Virus record (IMG/VR): IMGVR_UViG_3300037294_000661
From: an uncultured virus (IMG/VR IMGVR_UViG_3300037294_000661)
Lineage: Duplodnaviria; Heunggongvirae; Uroviricota; Caudoviricetes
Reading direction: 5' to 3' (one strand)
DNA length: 64,000 nt
Shown: positions 16,702 through 25,997 of the stretch, piece after piece
How the letters are laid out: every line of letters starts with the position of its first letter
Numbering within the stretch: position 1 is the stretch's first letter
Translations under genes and position numbers: made by a program
Notes under the pieces: generated by a model
Database searches by the model: none
Seen by the model: only the letters and a program-made list of their open reading frames with translations
What the model was told of the DNA's origin: nothing

Positions 16702-18855
16702 TCACGCACCATCTTTCATCCCGGGCTGGGAGCGGCTCAGATGCCCGGTGATGAACACGGCCTCGCCACGCGCGACCGGCCCATCCCGCACGTCCAGCCA
16801 TTTGACCAGCTTCGAGCCCTCGGCCATCGCCATCACCAGTTCCTCACGGTCGAGCAGCATGCCCACCCACTCGGCCAACCGATGCTTGCCAATGCTATGG
16901 AAGGCTTCCGGTAGTTCATGCCGTCGCTCATAAACGCCGTTGCCGCCAGTCTTGGTGTAGGGCCGCCCCTCGACAGCGGCTCGGGCAGTGGCGATCTTGA
17001 GTGCGGGGTGCAAGTCTGCGTCGGGCTGACTGGCGCGCACCAGTTCGTGGCTGCGATCCACCAACAGGCCCCGCGTGTCGCGCAAAAAGGTGGCGACCTT
17101 GAGATTGGCGCGACCGTTGGCCTTGACCACGCCGCCCATCACCACACGGCCACGCTCGAAGGACTCGCCCAGCGTTTTGCAGATGGTCTTGGCATCCATC
17201 TCCTTCGGGTTCCACAAGGCATAGACCGAGCGTACGCCATCGACCAACCCGCCCGTGCCACGAATGGCTTCACGTGCTTGCTCAGGTGTGGAGGCCTCGC
17301 GCTTGGCAAAGTGGTGCGACACGATCACCGAGGCACCGGTACTGGCCGCCAGCGCAGCCAGACGCGAGCAGACGAACTGCGCATTCTCCGGCACGTTCAG
17401 ATCCAGCGCACACAGCGGTTGCAGCGGGTCGAGGACGACCAGTATCAGCCCAGCCATCGATTTCAATTGCTGTTCCAGCGCGGCCCATGCGGTGGTGACG
17501 GACGGGCCGCGCGTCGCCGGATCGGGAGCAAACAGCGCGACGGCACCACCAGCATCGGGCAGCGGCAGCACGTATAGCCGTTCCGGAATCGGCCCCAGTG
17601 CATTGAGGCGGTTATGGACTTCGATAGCGTCGTCCTCTGCCGTGACGTAAATCGCCACACCGTGACCGGTCAGCGTGCCACCGAACAGCATCGGCGCATT
17701 GAGCCACGAACCATCGAACGCGGACACCTCGCGTGACAAGGCCAGCAGCAGGAAGGATTTGCCGACGCCACCGCCCGCAGCTACCAGCGCGGCTTGCGCC
17801 AGCGGAAACACGCCTTCGACCAGCCAGCGCCGGGGTTTGGGTTCGCCGGTGAAACGTTCGGCAGCGCGCCACTGGGTGACGTCGAATGGCTGGCTGGCTT
17901 TGCTGCTTACTCGGGGCGATGCGGCAAGCAAGGCCGCGACATCGAAGCCTTCGGTCACCGCATCGGCAGCATCCCATTTCTTAGGCTTATCCATCGGCAC
18001 CGTGACACGCCTTGCCTGCGCTCCGATGCTGCGCAACTTGGCGATGACCGCATCGGCATATTTTGCTCCGGCCTCATCGTGATCGGGCCAGACGGCAACG
18101 GTTTTACCTGTCAGCGGCGACCAGTCGGTCTTGTCGATAATGGTGGCCGCGCCGCCCATCGCAGTGGTGGCGACGATGCCGACACGCATCAGGGCATCGG
18201 CGCATTTTTCACCCTCGACCAGCACGACTACATCGACCCCGCTGACCGCAGGCAGGTTGTACAGCGGTCGCGGTTCCGGCATGCGCATCGAACGCGTCCT
18301 GACATCCCAAGGCCGGTATTGCTTGCCATTCGGTGAGTCGTAGCGATAGACGCAGGCCAGTAGGTCACCGTCAGCGCTCAAATAGTCCCACTTGCCGCTG
18401 TGCTGGCCGAGATTGTCATGGGCAACACCGGGCTTGGTGCTACTTGCAGCGATGGGACGCGGCACCGCCAGCCAGTCGCCTAAGTCATTCAACAGATCAC
18501 CAAAGTCGCGCGGCAAGGTAAATCCGCGCACGGCGGCCCACAATGCCAGCAGGTCGCCGGATTCGCCGGTGGCGAAATCAATCCAGATGCCGCGCTTGGG
18601 CCCCTCCAGCTCAATGACCAGGCTGTCGCCGGGATCGCCTTGCAAGTTCCCGACTACAAAGTGCGACCCCTGGCGTTTGCCGTGCGGGAACAGATAAACG
18701 AGAACCACCTCCAGCCGATCCAGCAGGCGCGCACGCAGATCATCTTTGTCGTGGTGCCGTATTTGGGCAAGGTCGGGCGCGCCATCGACTGCATCGTTGA
18801 AGTCGAAATAAGCGTGAGGCAGTTGAACGGTAATTACAGGCATGGCATCCGTCAT
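16702..18855 (-). CDS. Toprim primase fused to an AAA_25/RepA-like helicase
   Basis: VLVEGEKCADAL and WPDHDEAG (Toprim); AAGGGVGKS Walker A, VVLDP Walker B, SHH and RGTGGLVDGVR. Confidence 0.9.
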   Translation of the reverse strand: MTDAMPVITVQLPHAYFDFNDAVDGAPDLAQIRHHDKDDLRARLLDRLEVVLVYLFPHGKRQGSHFVVGNLQGDPGDSLVIELEGPKRGIWIDFATGESGDLLALWAAVRGFTLPRDFGDLLNDLGDWLAVPRPIAASSTKPGVAHDNLGQHSGKWDYLSADGDLLACVYRYDSPNGKQYRPWDVRTRSMRMPEPRPLYNLPAVSGVDVVVLVEGEKCADALMRVGIVATTAMGGAATIIDKTDWSPLTGKTVAVWPDHDEAGAKYADAVIAKLRSIGAQARRVTVPMDKPKKWDAADAVTEGFDVAALLAASPRVSSKASQPFDVTQWRAAERFTGEPKPRRWLVEGVFPLAQAALVAAGGGVGKSFLLLALSREVSAFDGSWLNAPMLFGGTLTGHGVAIYVTAEDDAIEVHNRLNALGPIPERLYVLPLPDAGGAVALFAPDPATRGPSVTTAWAALEQQLKSMAGLILVVLDPLQPLCALDLNVPENAQFVCSRLAALAASTGASVIVSHHFAKREASTPEQAREAIRGTGGLVDGVRSVYALWNPKEMDAKTICKTLGESFERGRVVMGGVVKANGRANLKVATFLRDTRGLLVDRSHELVRASQPDADLHPALKIATARAAVEGRPYTKTGGNGVYERRHELPEAFHSIGKHRLAEWVGMLLDREELVMAMAEGSKLVKWLDVRDGPVARGEAVFITGHLSRSQPGMKDGA

Positions 18856-19097
18856 TGGGTCTGCTCCTGGTCGAGCCGTGCCTTGAACCAACTGCCATCG
18901 GCGCGCACGCAATAGAACTCGCGGCCAGCGCCCCGGTATTTGCTATCCGGCACGATCCACAGCTTTTCTTGTTCGTCGTAACGCCATTCTGTCGCGCCGA
19001 ACAGGCGGGACAGCATTGATTCGATGCCGTTGCTGGCAATCGCTTGCTGCAGTTGTCGGGTGATGCGGTGGCGCTGACGGCGCTCGCTGCGGTTCAT
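18852..19097 (-). CDS. Small hypothetical protein
   Basis: Translationally coupled on both sides (TGATG and ATGA overlaps). Confidence 0.65.
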   Translation of the reverse strand: MNRSERRQRHRITRQLQQAIASNGIESMLSRLFGATEWRYDEQEKLWIVPDSKYRGAGREFYCVRADGSWFKARLDQEQTQ

Positions 19098-19324
19098 CAC
19101 GCCCACACCTCGGCGGCGGGCTGCTTGCCAGCGGTGCATTGGCGGGTGCGCTTGAGCTCGTGCGCTTCAACTTCAGCGACCTGATACAGCACGCGACCAC
19201 CGAGTTTCAGAAACACCGGGCCGCTGCCGAGCATGCGCCAGCGCTCCAGTGTTTTTTCGCTCAAGCCCCAGCGGGCTGCGAGTTGGCGTGGGGTGAGTAG
19301 TTGCGGTTGAGGAACAGTATTCAT
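19097..19324 (-). CDS. AlpA-like HTH protein
   Basis: LAARWGLSEKTLERWRMLGSGPVFLKLGGRVLY; paralogue of 383..646. Confidence 0.85.
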   Translation of the reverse strand: MNTVPQPQLLTPRQLAARWGLSEKTLERWRMLGSGPVFLKLGGRVLYQVAEVEAHELKRTRQCTAGKQPAAEVWA

Positions 19325-19663
19325 GGCGATTTCTCCGATCAGTTCGGCATGCCCTTGCTGTCCGTCAATGGGGCTCAGTGGCACGCGATGAACGAGATTT
19401 TTCTCGGCTTTTCACCGGCGGGCAAGCAGGTGAAATGGCCGAATTATGGAAAGCGAGGACTCTGGACGGAGGCATTGCTCTCTTTGGCCTAGGAATTCGG
19501 AAGCTCACACGTAAAAAGCTGCCCGCGTCAGCAAGAACGGTCAAACGCCCTCAACTCCCTGATCGACCAAACCAGTCTCTGTTGTCACCATTTGACGGTG
19601 TGCAAACCAGTCGCTGTTTGCGTGATTTCGGCCCCCGAATCATTAACCCTTGGAGAACCATCG

Positions 19664-20512
19664 ATGAAACTGAACCCCTTTCGCAAAAAGACGAGCGGCT
19701 ACTATGACGCCATCAAGGCCAAGTTCGACGACACCCATCGCGAGCTTGATGCCACACAAAATGAACTGGCCAAAGCACAGGCTGAGTACCACAAGGAGAA
19801 CACCAGTTACCAGCAGGTCCGTGATGCGGCGAGCTGTTACGCCCTCAGTAACACCGAGAAGCAAAGCCGTCAGCACAAGGTCGTGTCCGAATGCTTCAAC
19901 CGAGTTAACCAGCTGGAAAGCGACGTCAGCCAGATCCAGTCGCGACTGCAGCCGCTACGCCGGATCGTTGACGCGCCGCAGCGCTATGACGAAACGCAGG
20001 CAACACTGCTGCGTTTGGTCGAGCAGCGCCGGTCGCTGGCGGCCCAACACAACAAGGCCGAGGCCTTGATCGCCAAGGTAGATAAACGGCTGGTCGATGT
20101 CGAAACCCGAATGGCGGCAGAAACGAATGCCGCGTCCCGGCAGATGATCGCCACCGACGGTGATTTCGTCGTCCCAGAGTCACTGACCCGGCTTGAAGTT
20201 GAATTGCGCCTGACCCATGCATCGATGGTCAATTTGCAGCAGCAGCACGAAGCGGTTGCCGTTCAGAACAAGGAATTGCCTGCACAGATCAGGGACGCCG
20301 AGCGCGCTTTCATTCACGCCCGTGCCGTGATCGCAGAGATTGAACTTCACGAGCAGTTGATGCCGGTCATGAGCCTGTTCGCACGAGCCGCCGCAACTCG
20401 GCACCAGAACAGCCGCCGCCACGAGGACGAATACAAATTCAACATCGAGATTCCGCACGAGTTGCTTGAGTCTGCCCGATCTGAGCTGGCTGCCGAGGTG
20501 CCAAGCGCCTGA
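19664..20512 (+). CDS. Coiled-coil hypothetical protein (~282 aa)
   Basis: GGAG RBS; heptad-rich, all-helical sequence. Confidence 0.75.
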   Translation: MKLNPFRKKTSGYYDAIKAKFDDTHRELDATQNELAKAQAEYHKENTSYQQVRDAASCYALSNTEKQSRQHKVVSECFNRVNQLESDVSQIQSRLQPLRRIVDAPQRYDETQATLLRLVEQRRSLAAQHNKAEALIAKVDKRLVDVETRMAAETNAASRQMIATDGDFVVPESLTRLEVELRLTHASMVNLQQQHEAVAVQNKELPAQIRDAERAFIHARAVIAEIELHEQLMPVMSLFARAAATRHQNSRRHEDEYKFNIEIPHELLESARSELAAEVPSA

Positions 20513-20726
20513 GGATGAAGGGGCGAACGGCGGGCAGTCGTGGCACATCCGCCTCCAACCCGGGCGTGGCCTTGGATCATTCGATGCGCCCACTCTGCCG
20601 ATGCCACGTAATGCCCGTCGGCGCTGACCGTGAAAGGCATCGCGGAAAGCCGACACCCACCCCAAAACCTGCGCCGAGCTTGGTGCGGCTGAGTGTCCCA
20701 GTGCCGCGACAAATAGCAAAGTTTGA

Positions 20727-20756
20727 CTTGGCTTGTGCCCGCCACAGCGCGTTCAT
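20727..20756 (+). promoter_or_regulatory. Bipartite motif, copy 3
   Basis: CTTGGCTT-gtgcccgcca-CAGCGCGTTCAT, 37 bp before ATG 20793. Confidence 0.7.
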
Positions 20757-20792
20757 GGAGGTCCGCAAACCACTCTCAACAAGGAGATTTCA

Positions 20793-21041
20793 ATGAGCAC
20801 AATTACCAGCCTTCGGGCGCAGGTGACGGACGCCAACCACCGCCCGCGCGGAATGATGAGCATCGAGTTCGATGGCGATGCCCACGGCCCGTATCGAGTT
20901 ACCCACGACGGGCGCACCTATTGGTACACCGGCAAATCGGGCAGCAACCGCGCGACAGGATTGCCCGTGCGCGAAATGGCCACCGAGGACGACTGCCGTC
21001 TGTGGATCACGCTGGGCGGCACCGCCGTGTGGGAGGACTGA
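20793..21041 (+). CDS. Small hypothetical protein
   Basis: AAGGAG RBS; TGATG coupling to the DUF2924 gene. Confidence 0.7.
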   Translation: MSTITSLRAQVTDANHRPRGMMSIEFDGDAHGPYRVTHDGRTYWYTGKSGSNRATGLPVREMATEDDCRLWITLGGTAVWED

Positions 21042-21511
21042 TGCTGCAGCCAAGCCAGCAAACCAGTATCGCCGCACAACTGGCGGCGCTGCCCAATACA
21101 CCGATGAAGGCATTGTGGCTGCTCTGGGACGAGCACTTTCCCCGACGGCCCACCCACACCAATCGCAGATACATCGAATCCCGCATCGCCTACCGGATAC
21201 AAGAACTGGCCTACGGGGAGTTGCCCGCAGGTGTCCGCCGCCATCTGGCCGATTGCGGTGCCAAACATTCGAAGATCGCCATCGCCAAGAAAGGCGGGCG
21301 TGGCACGGAATTCCATCTAATGCCCGGCACCGCGTTGGTTCGTGAATGGGATGAGCGCGAATACCGCGTCACCGTCACGCCTGCCGGTTTGTACGAACTG
21401 GATGGGCAACTGTTCAAAAGCCTGTCGGCGGCAGCGCGCCACATCACCGGTACGCAGTGGTCAGGGCCGAAGTTCTTCGGGCTCATCGATAGCAAAGGAG
21501 TGCCGCGATGA
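21041..21511 (+). CDS. DUF2924-family protein
   Basis: PGTALVREW...FKSLSAAARHITGTQWSGPKFFGL. Confidence 0.85.
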   Translation: MLQPSQQTSIAAQLAALPNTPMKALWLLWDEHFPRRPTHTNRRYIESRIAYRIQELAYGELPAGVRRHLADCGAKHSKIAIAKKGGRGTEFHLMPGTALVREWDEREYRVTVTPAGLYELDGQLFKSLSAAARHITGTQWSGPKFFGLIDSKGVPR

Positions 21512-22848
21512 GTGCGCCAATTCTCGTTACCCCCAAACACTGCGCCGTCTACTGCAGGGTATCCAGCGACGAACGGCTCGATCAGTCCTTCAATTCCATC
21601 GATGCCCAAAAGGAGGCAGGGCTCGCCTTCATAAAAAGCCAGACCCACGAAGGCTGGATTCCGGTGCCCGACCATTACGATGATGGTGGTTTTTCCGGCG
21701 GCAATATGGATCGACCCGCCTTGCGCCGCCTGATGGCAGATATCGAGGCAGGCAAGGTAGATATCGTGGTCGTCTACAAAATTGACCGGCTATCGCGGTC
21801 GCTGGCCGACTTTGCGCGGATGGTGGAAACCTTTGACCGTTGCCGGGTCAGTTTCAGCGCCGTGACGCAGCAGATCAATTCTGCAACCTCAATGGGCAGG
21901 CTGATGCTGAACGTGTTGCTGTCCTTCGCACAGTTCGAACGCGAGGTCACCGGAGAGCGCATCCGCGACAAGATCGCGGCCAGCAAGGCCAAGGGGATGT
22001 GGATGGGCGGGCCGTTGCCGCTGGGCTACGACGTGGACAACCGGCTGCTGATCATCAACGAGCGCGAGGCCGCCATCGTCCGGCGTATTTTCGACGACTT
22101 CGTGACCGTGCGTTCGGCCACGATGATGGTGCGCAACTACGCCGCCGAAGGTGTCGTCACCAAGAGCGGCAAGGCTTTCTGCAAGCAGACCATCTACAAG
22201 ATGCTGTACAACCGGATGTACCGGGGCGAGATCGTCCACAAGGGGCAAAGTCATCCCGGCCAGCATCAGGCCATCGTCACGCAGGCGCAGTGGGATGCGG
22301 CGCATGCGCTCATCGCGTCCGATCCCCAAGGGCGGCGGCAGGACACGAAGAACCGCGACAAAGAACCGGTCTTGCTGCGCGGCCTGTTGTTCACGCCCGA
22401 TGGGGAGCGGCTGATGCCGACCTACACGATCAAAAAGGGCAAGCCCTACCGCTATTACACTCCCAGCCGGGATCGTCGCTTTGGCGCGTGGGCCAGTCGG
22501 TTTGGCTCGCTGCCCGCCGAGCCCATCGAGGAACTGGTGGTGACGCAGGTGCAGGATGCGCTGTCGGCACCTCACGTCGTGCAGGCGGTTTGGGGTCTGA
22601 TCAAAACGCAGCACCCAGGAATTTCTGAACCCGAGGTGGTGTTGCCGATGCGCCAACTGGCGACGATGTGGCCGCAGTTGTTCCCGGCAGAACAGTGCCG
22701 CTTGGTGCAATTGCTGATCGAGCGAATCGTGCTCGGTAACACCGGGATGGAAATCATCTGGCGTGACAGCGGCTGGCAGGCACTGGCCTGCGAATTAATA
22801 CCCGGCACCATCGGTGCTGAATTGGCTGAACTGGAGGTGGCGGTATGA
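21508..22848 (+). CDS. Large serine recombinase of element B
   Basis: CAVYCRVSSDERLDQ; N-terminal half close to 5154..6542, C-terminal half more diverged. Confidence 0.95.
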   Translation: MSAPILVTPKHCAVYCRVSSDERLDQSFNSIDAQKEAGLAFIKSQTHEGWIPVPDHYDDGGFSGGNMDRPALRRLMADIEAGKVDIVVVYKIDRLSRSLADFARMVETFDRCRVSFSAVTQQINSATSMGRLMLNVLLSFAQFEREVTGERIRDKIAASKAKGMWMGGPLPLGYDVDNRLLIINEREAAIVRRIFDDFVTVRSATMMVRNYAAEGVVTKSGKAFCKQTIYKMLYNRMYRGEIVHKGQSHPGQHQAIVTQAQWDAAHALIASDPQGRRQDTKNRDKEPVLLRGLLFTPDGERLMPTYTIKKGKPYRYYTPSRDRRFGAWASRFGSLPAEPIEELVVTQVQDALSAPHVVQAVWGLIKTQHPGISEPEVVLPMRQLATMWPQLFPAEQCRLVQLLIERIVLGNTGMEIIWRDSGWQALACELIPGTIGAELAELEVAV

Positions 22849-23315
22849 CACGTATTCGAACAACCGGCGCGCCGGTCTCAATGCGGCGGCGGGAGGATGG
22901 CATAGTAAAACTGTCGACCTTCATCCCGCTGAAAATCAGGAAACGTGGCGTCAGCAAGATGATCGTGCGGCCCGAAGTTGCGGCGTCCGGTGATGGTGCT
23001 GTGCTGGGTCACGGGAACAGCGGCGGCAGTCAGCACGACAACCCGTTGCAGGTGGCGTTGTCGCGGGCATTTCACTGGCAACGGTTGATCGATGACGGAC
23101 GGGTCGGCAGCGGCAGCGAGATCGCCAAGTTGGAAGGCTTGCACCACTCGACGGTTAACGAACTGCTGCGCCTGACGCTGCTGGAGCCCGCCACCATCCA
23201 GAGCATTCTGGCCGGTAAGCAGCCCCGCTGCATGAGTCTGCTGTGGTTCCAACGCAATCCGCTGCCGCTGGATTGGGCCCTGCAACGCCAAGTGGTCGAG
23301 GGGTTCGATGCCTGA
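22845..23315 (+). CDS. Recombinase-associated hypothetical protein
   Basis: ALSRAFHWQRLID...EIAKLEG...LLRLTLLEP...WFQRNPLP. Confidence 0.8.
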   Translation: MTRIRTTGAPVSMRRREDGIVKLSTFIPLKIRKRGVSKMIVRPEVAASGDGAVLGHGNSGGSQHDNPLQVALSRAFHWQRLIDDGRVGSGSEIAKLEGLHHSTVNELLRLTLLEPATIQSILAGKQPRCMSLLWFQRNPLPLDWALQRQVVEGFDA

Positions 23316-23574
23316 TCACTTTGACGCAACAAGGCAACCGGTCGGGTTGGTTGACAGCGAACCCGCAGAGCCAAACCCGCGTAAAACCGGGGTTCTCAGC
23401 AGCGACTACCCGCAGGACAAACAGAGAAAAGAGACTGGGGGGGTGCGGAAAACGCCCATTTCGTCAGCTTCTGCCAAGGCGTCACCCGCAGCACGGTAGG
23501 CCGGAACCCCGCGTGGTGTGGGGATTTCAGGCAAGAAAAAGGGCCCGGAGATTATCCGAGCCCTTCAATTTGGT

Positions 23575-23604
23575 GGTGGAACACGGAACCGAACCCGCGT
23601 CCGC
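23575..23604. repeat. 30-bp direct repeat, copy 1 (att-like, tmRNA 3'-end-like on -)
   Basis: GGTGGAACACGGAACCGAACCCGCGTCCGC; one mismatch to 25382..25411. Confidence 0.8.
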
Positions 23605-23848
23605 TTTCTGAACAAAAGTCCGTCCGTAAGAACAGAGTCCCTGTTTTGAATCATTTGGCCGTTTTGGCAGACAACTGCCGGAATGAGAGGACAGTCTGGC
23701 TCGCGGCGTTCGACGTGGTTACTGGTAGCCAATCACCCCCTGAAACTCCCGGTAGGATGGCAATAATCTCAGGCAATGCACGTGCATTGACTTGACAAGG
23801 CGATTGCATTACCATGTAAGACATACACATCTTTGACCGGAGCGCGCC

Positions 23849-24178
23849 ATGCCCACCATCCTCGACGTCGAATCCACTCTGACCGACCGCTACCAGACCA
23901 CCGTACCGGAGACTGTGCGTCGCGCCCTTCGGCTCGGCAAGCGCGACAAGATCCACTACACCATCCGCCCCACCGGCGAGGTGGTGCTAACCCGCGTAGA
24001 GGCCTCCGAGGCAGACGACCCGGTACTCGGACAGTTCCTTGGGTTCCTGGTGCGCGACATTGCCAACCACCCCGAGCGCCTACAGGCTGTAGATGCTGGC
24101 TTCGTCCAACGCCTGCAGTCGCTGACCGCTGGCGTCGAAGTCGATCTCAATGCCGTCCTATCGGCAGACGATGAATGA
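23849..24178 (+). CDS. prlF: PrlF/SohA antitoxin
   Basis: ESTLTDRYQTTVPETVRRAL (AbrB fold), DDPVLGQFL.FL..DI..HP, GVEVDL. Confidence 0.9.
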   Translation: MPTILDVESTLTDRYQTTVPETVRRALRLGKRDKIHYTIRPTGEVVLTRVEASEADDPVLGQFLGFLVRDIANHPERLQAVDAGFVQRLQSLTAGVEVDLNAVLSADDE

Positions 24179-24681
24179 GTGCAAGCAAACCCGCGCCTCT
24201 GGTCATCCACGGCTGGACGGTTTTTGCGCACCCGCTGTTCCTCGCACAGATTGAAGCGCTGGCACGGCAGGTCGAGACCTTTAAACAGAAAGACCCCGTC
24301 GGGTACGTGAAGAAAAACGCCAGCAAGCGACTGGCGGCTATCACGAAGCTGGCCTTCGATGTCGTCCCGCAAGATCCGGCACGACCGGAATACCGGCAAG
24401 GCGGCACGCTCGGCGACGATCACAAGCACTGGTTCCGGGCGAAGTTCTTCCAGCAGTACCGACTGTTCTTCCGCTACCACGCGCCCAGCAAAGTGATCGT
24501 GTTCGCGTGGGTCAATGATGAGGACACAAAGCGCGCCTACGAGAGCAGCGACGACGCCTACCGGGTATTCCGCAAGATGCTGGAAAGCGGCCATCCTCCA
24601 GACGACTGGAACCAGTTGTTGGCCGAGGCTCGGGCCGAGGGCCAGAGACTGCAGCAGTTCGCTGCAGACCTCACACCGTAG
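24175..24681 (+). CDS. yhaV: YhaV toxin (RNase)
   Basis: GWTVFAHPLF, WFRAKFFQQYRLFFRY, AWVNDEDTKRAY and GHPPDDW motifs. Confidence 0.9.
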   Translation: MSASKPAPLVIHGWTVFAHPLFLAQIEALARQVETFKQKDPVGYVKKNASKRLAAITKLAFDVVPQDPARPEYRQGGTLGDDHKHWFRAKFFQQYRLFFRYHAPSKVIVFAWVNDEDTKRAYESSDDAYRVFRKMLESGHPPDDWNQLLAEARAEGQRLQQFAADLTP

Positions 24682-24738
24682 GGCTTGGCTTCTATGGCGA
24701 ACAGCGTTGTCATGGGGTCATCAGTCTTGGAGAAGAAG

Positions 24739-25320
24739 ATGCACTACCCTGTGATGACCGAAAGGCAGGTCGCCGTCCGATGGAAGGTCAGCCTAAAAAC
24801 CTTGCGGCGCTGGCGCCTCGATAACGAAGGGCCGATCTGGCACAAACTGTTTCACCACGTTCGCTACCACGGGGCGGAAATATTCGAGTTTGAACGCCAG
24901 AGCGCGCAGCACTGGATGGCGATCCTCGGTGACGGTGAGCGTATCCCGCGCGCCGTCACGCACCCGCCGAAGAATATTGACGATCCTCAGTTGCCGGATG
25001 CCGCCGGGCCCGAGGTGCAGTACGTCAGCGCGAAGGAGGTCGTCGAGGCAACGGGACTTCCCGCGAGCCTGTTCAACGACCGAGTTGAACGGGAGCGTAA
25101 GCGCATTCCGCATCTACTGCTGGTCAGGAATCTACGCTTTTCGCTGGAGGCCATCCTGCAGTGGGAGCTGGAAAACAGCGTTCGGGGCGATGTACAGGAA
25201 CAGGCATTTCAACCCGCTGCATCCGAACAGGACTGTCAACCGGCAGTCCCGGTTCGCGTGCCGCGCTGGCACGAGCTAGTGAGCGAGCAAGACAGAGAAC
25301 AGTGCGATTCCGCGCCTTAG
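24739..25320 (+). CDS. Protein with two tandem AlpA/Xis-like HTH domains
   Basis: VAVRWKVSLKTLRRWR..GPIW.K, then a second unit YVSAKEVVEATGLP...RIPH...LRFSL..ILQWE. Confidence 0.7.
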   Translation: MHYPVMTERQVAVRWKVSLKTLRRWRLDNEGPIWHKLFHHVRYHGAEIFEFERQSAQHWMAILGDGERIPRAVTHPPKNIDDPQLPDAAGPEVQYVSAKEVVEATGLPASLFNDRVERERKRIPHLLLVRNLRFSLEAILQWELENSVRGDVQEQAFQPAASEQDCQPAVPVRVPRWHELVSEQDREQCDSAP

Positions 25321-25381
25321 CCTAAACAAATGTCCCCGCTTTTGGCCGAAAGTCCACCATTTCGGCCATTTGTCCACGAGA

Positions 25382-25411
25382 GGTGGAACACGGAACTGAA
25401 CCCGCGTCCGC
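25382..25411. repeat. 30-bp direct repeat, copy 2
   Basis: GGTGGAACACGGAACTGAACCCGCGTCCGC. Confidence 0.8.
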
Positions 25412-25742
25412 ATCCCGACAAGGATAGCAATGTTTTGGCCTTGAGGGCGTGAATTCGAGTATTTGGCCGAATTCAATCCGTCCACGCCTAGCGTGTGAGC
25501 GCGCACCGTCCCGCGAAACTTGGGCTGCCACGACCCAATCGTCTAGCGCAAATTCGATCCCGGTTTCACTCCCAAACTCCCGTTCGCCTCATCTGCCCCC
25601 TCCTGGTCGAGCCGCCTGAGAGCGCAGGCTCACCCTAGGAGCCACCAGTTCTGCACAATCGCTCAAAATCCAGCCAATTGTCATTGCTGCTTTGAAAATT
25701 TTGCACTATGCTGTCGTTGTTTGCCCTAAATTGGCCATCACC

Positions 25743-25997
25743 ATGTCTAAAAGTACCAGCGAGGGCGAGATCCTCACCATCAAGCAGGTCGCCGACTACC
25801 TGAAGGTCACGGAGCGGACGATCTACAGGTTGGCGGCTGCCAAGCAGATCCCTGCCTTCAAGGTGGGCGGGAGCTGGCGGTTCTCGCGGGCGGACATCGA
25901 TAGCTGGATCAAGCAGCAGTCGATGGAGGGACTCGAAACCAGCCGTGAACAAGATGGTGACGCCACTGGCCAACCGAACAATGGGGAGCGAAAGTAA
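25743..25997 (+). CDS. Excisionase-like HTH_17 regulator heading the defence operon
   Basis: ILTIKQVADYLKVTERTIYRL....IPAFKVGGSWRF; TAATG coupling to the ATPase gene. Confidence 0.9.
   Translation: MSKSTSEGEILTIKQVADYLKVTERTIYRLAAAKQIPAFKVGGSWRFSRADIDSWIKQQSMEGLETSREQDGDATGQPNNGERK

Larger units (their letters stand above)
7695..23604. mobile_element. Satellite-like integrative element B (~16 kb)
   Basis: Has a recombinase, AlpA, primase-helicase, ori, cos and cargo, but no capsid or terminase genes. Boundaries are inferred. Confidence 0.65.

Noticed and set aside
23571..23604. Intact tRNA or tmRNA gene
   Set aside because: Only a degenerate 3'-end-like fragment; no cloverleaf or tag-reading frame could be built here or at 25382.
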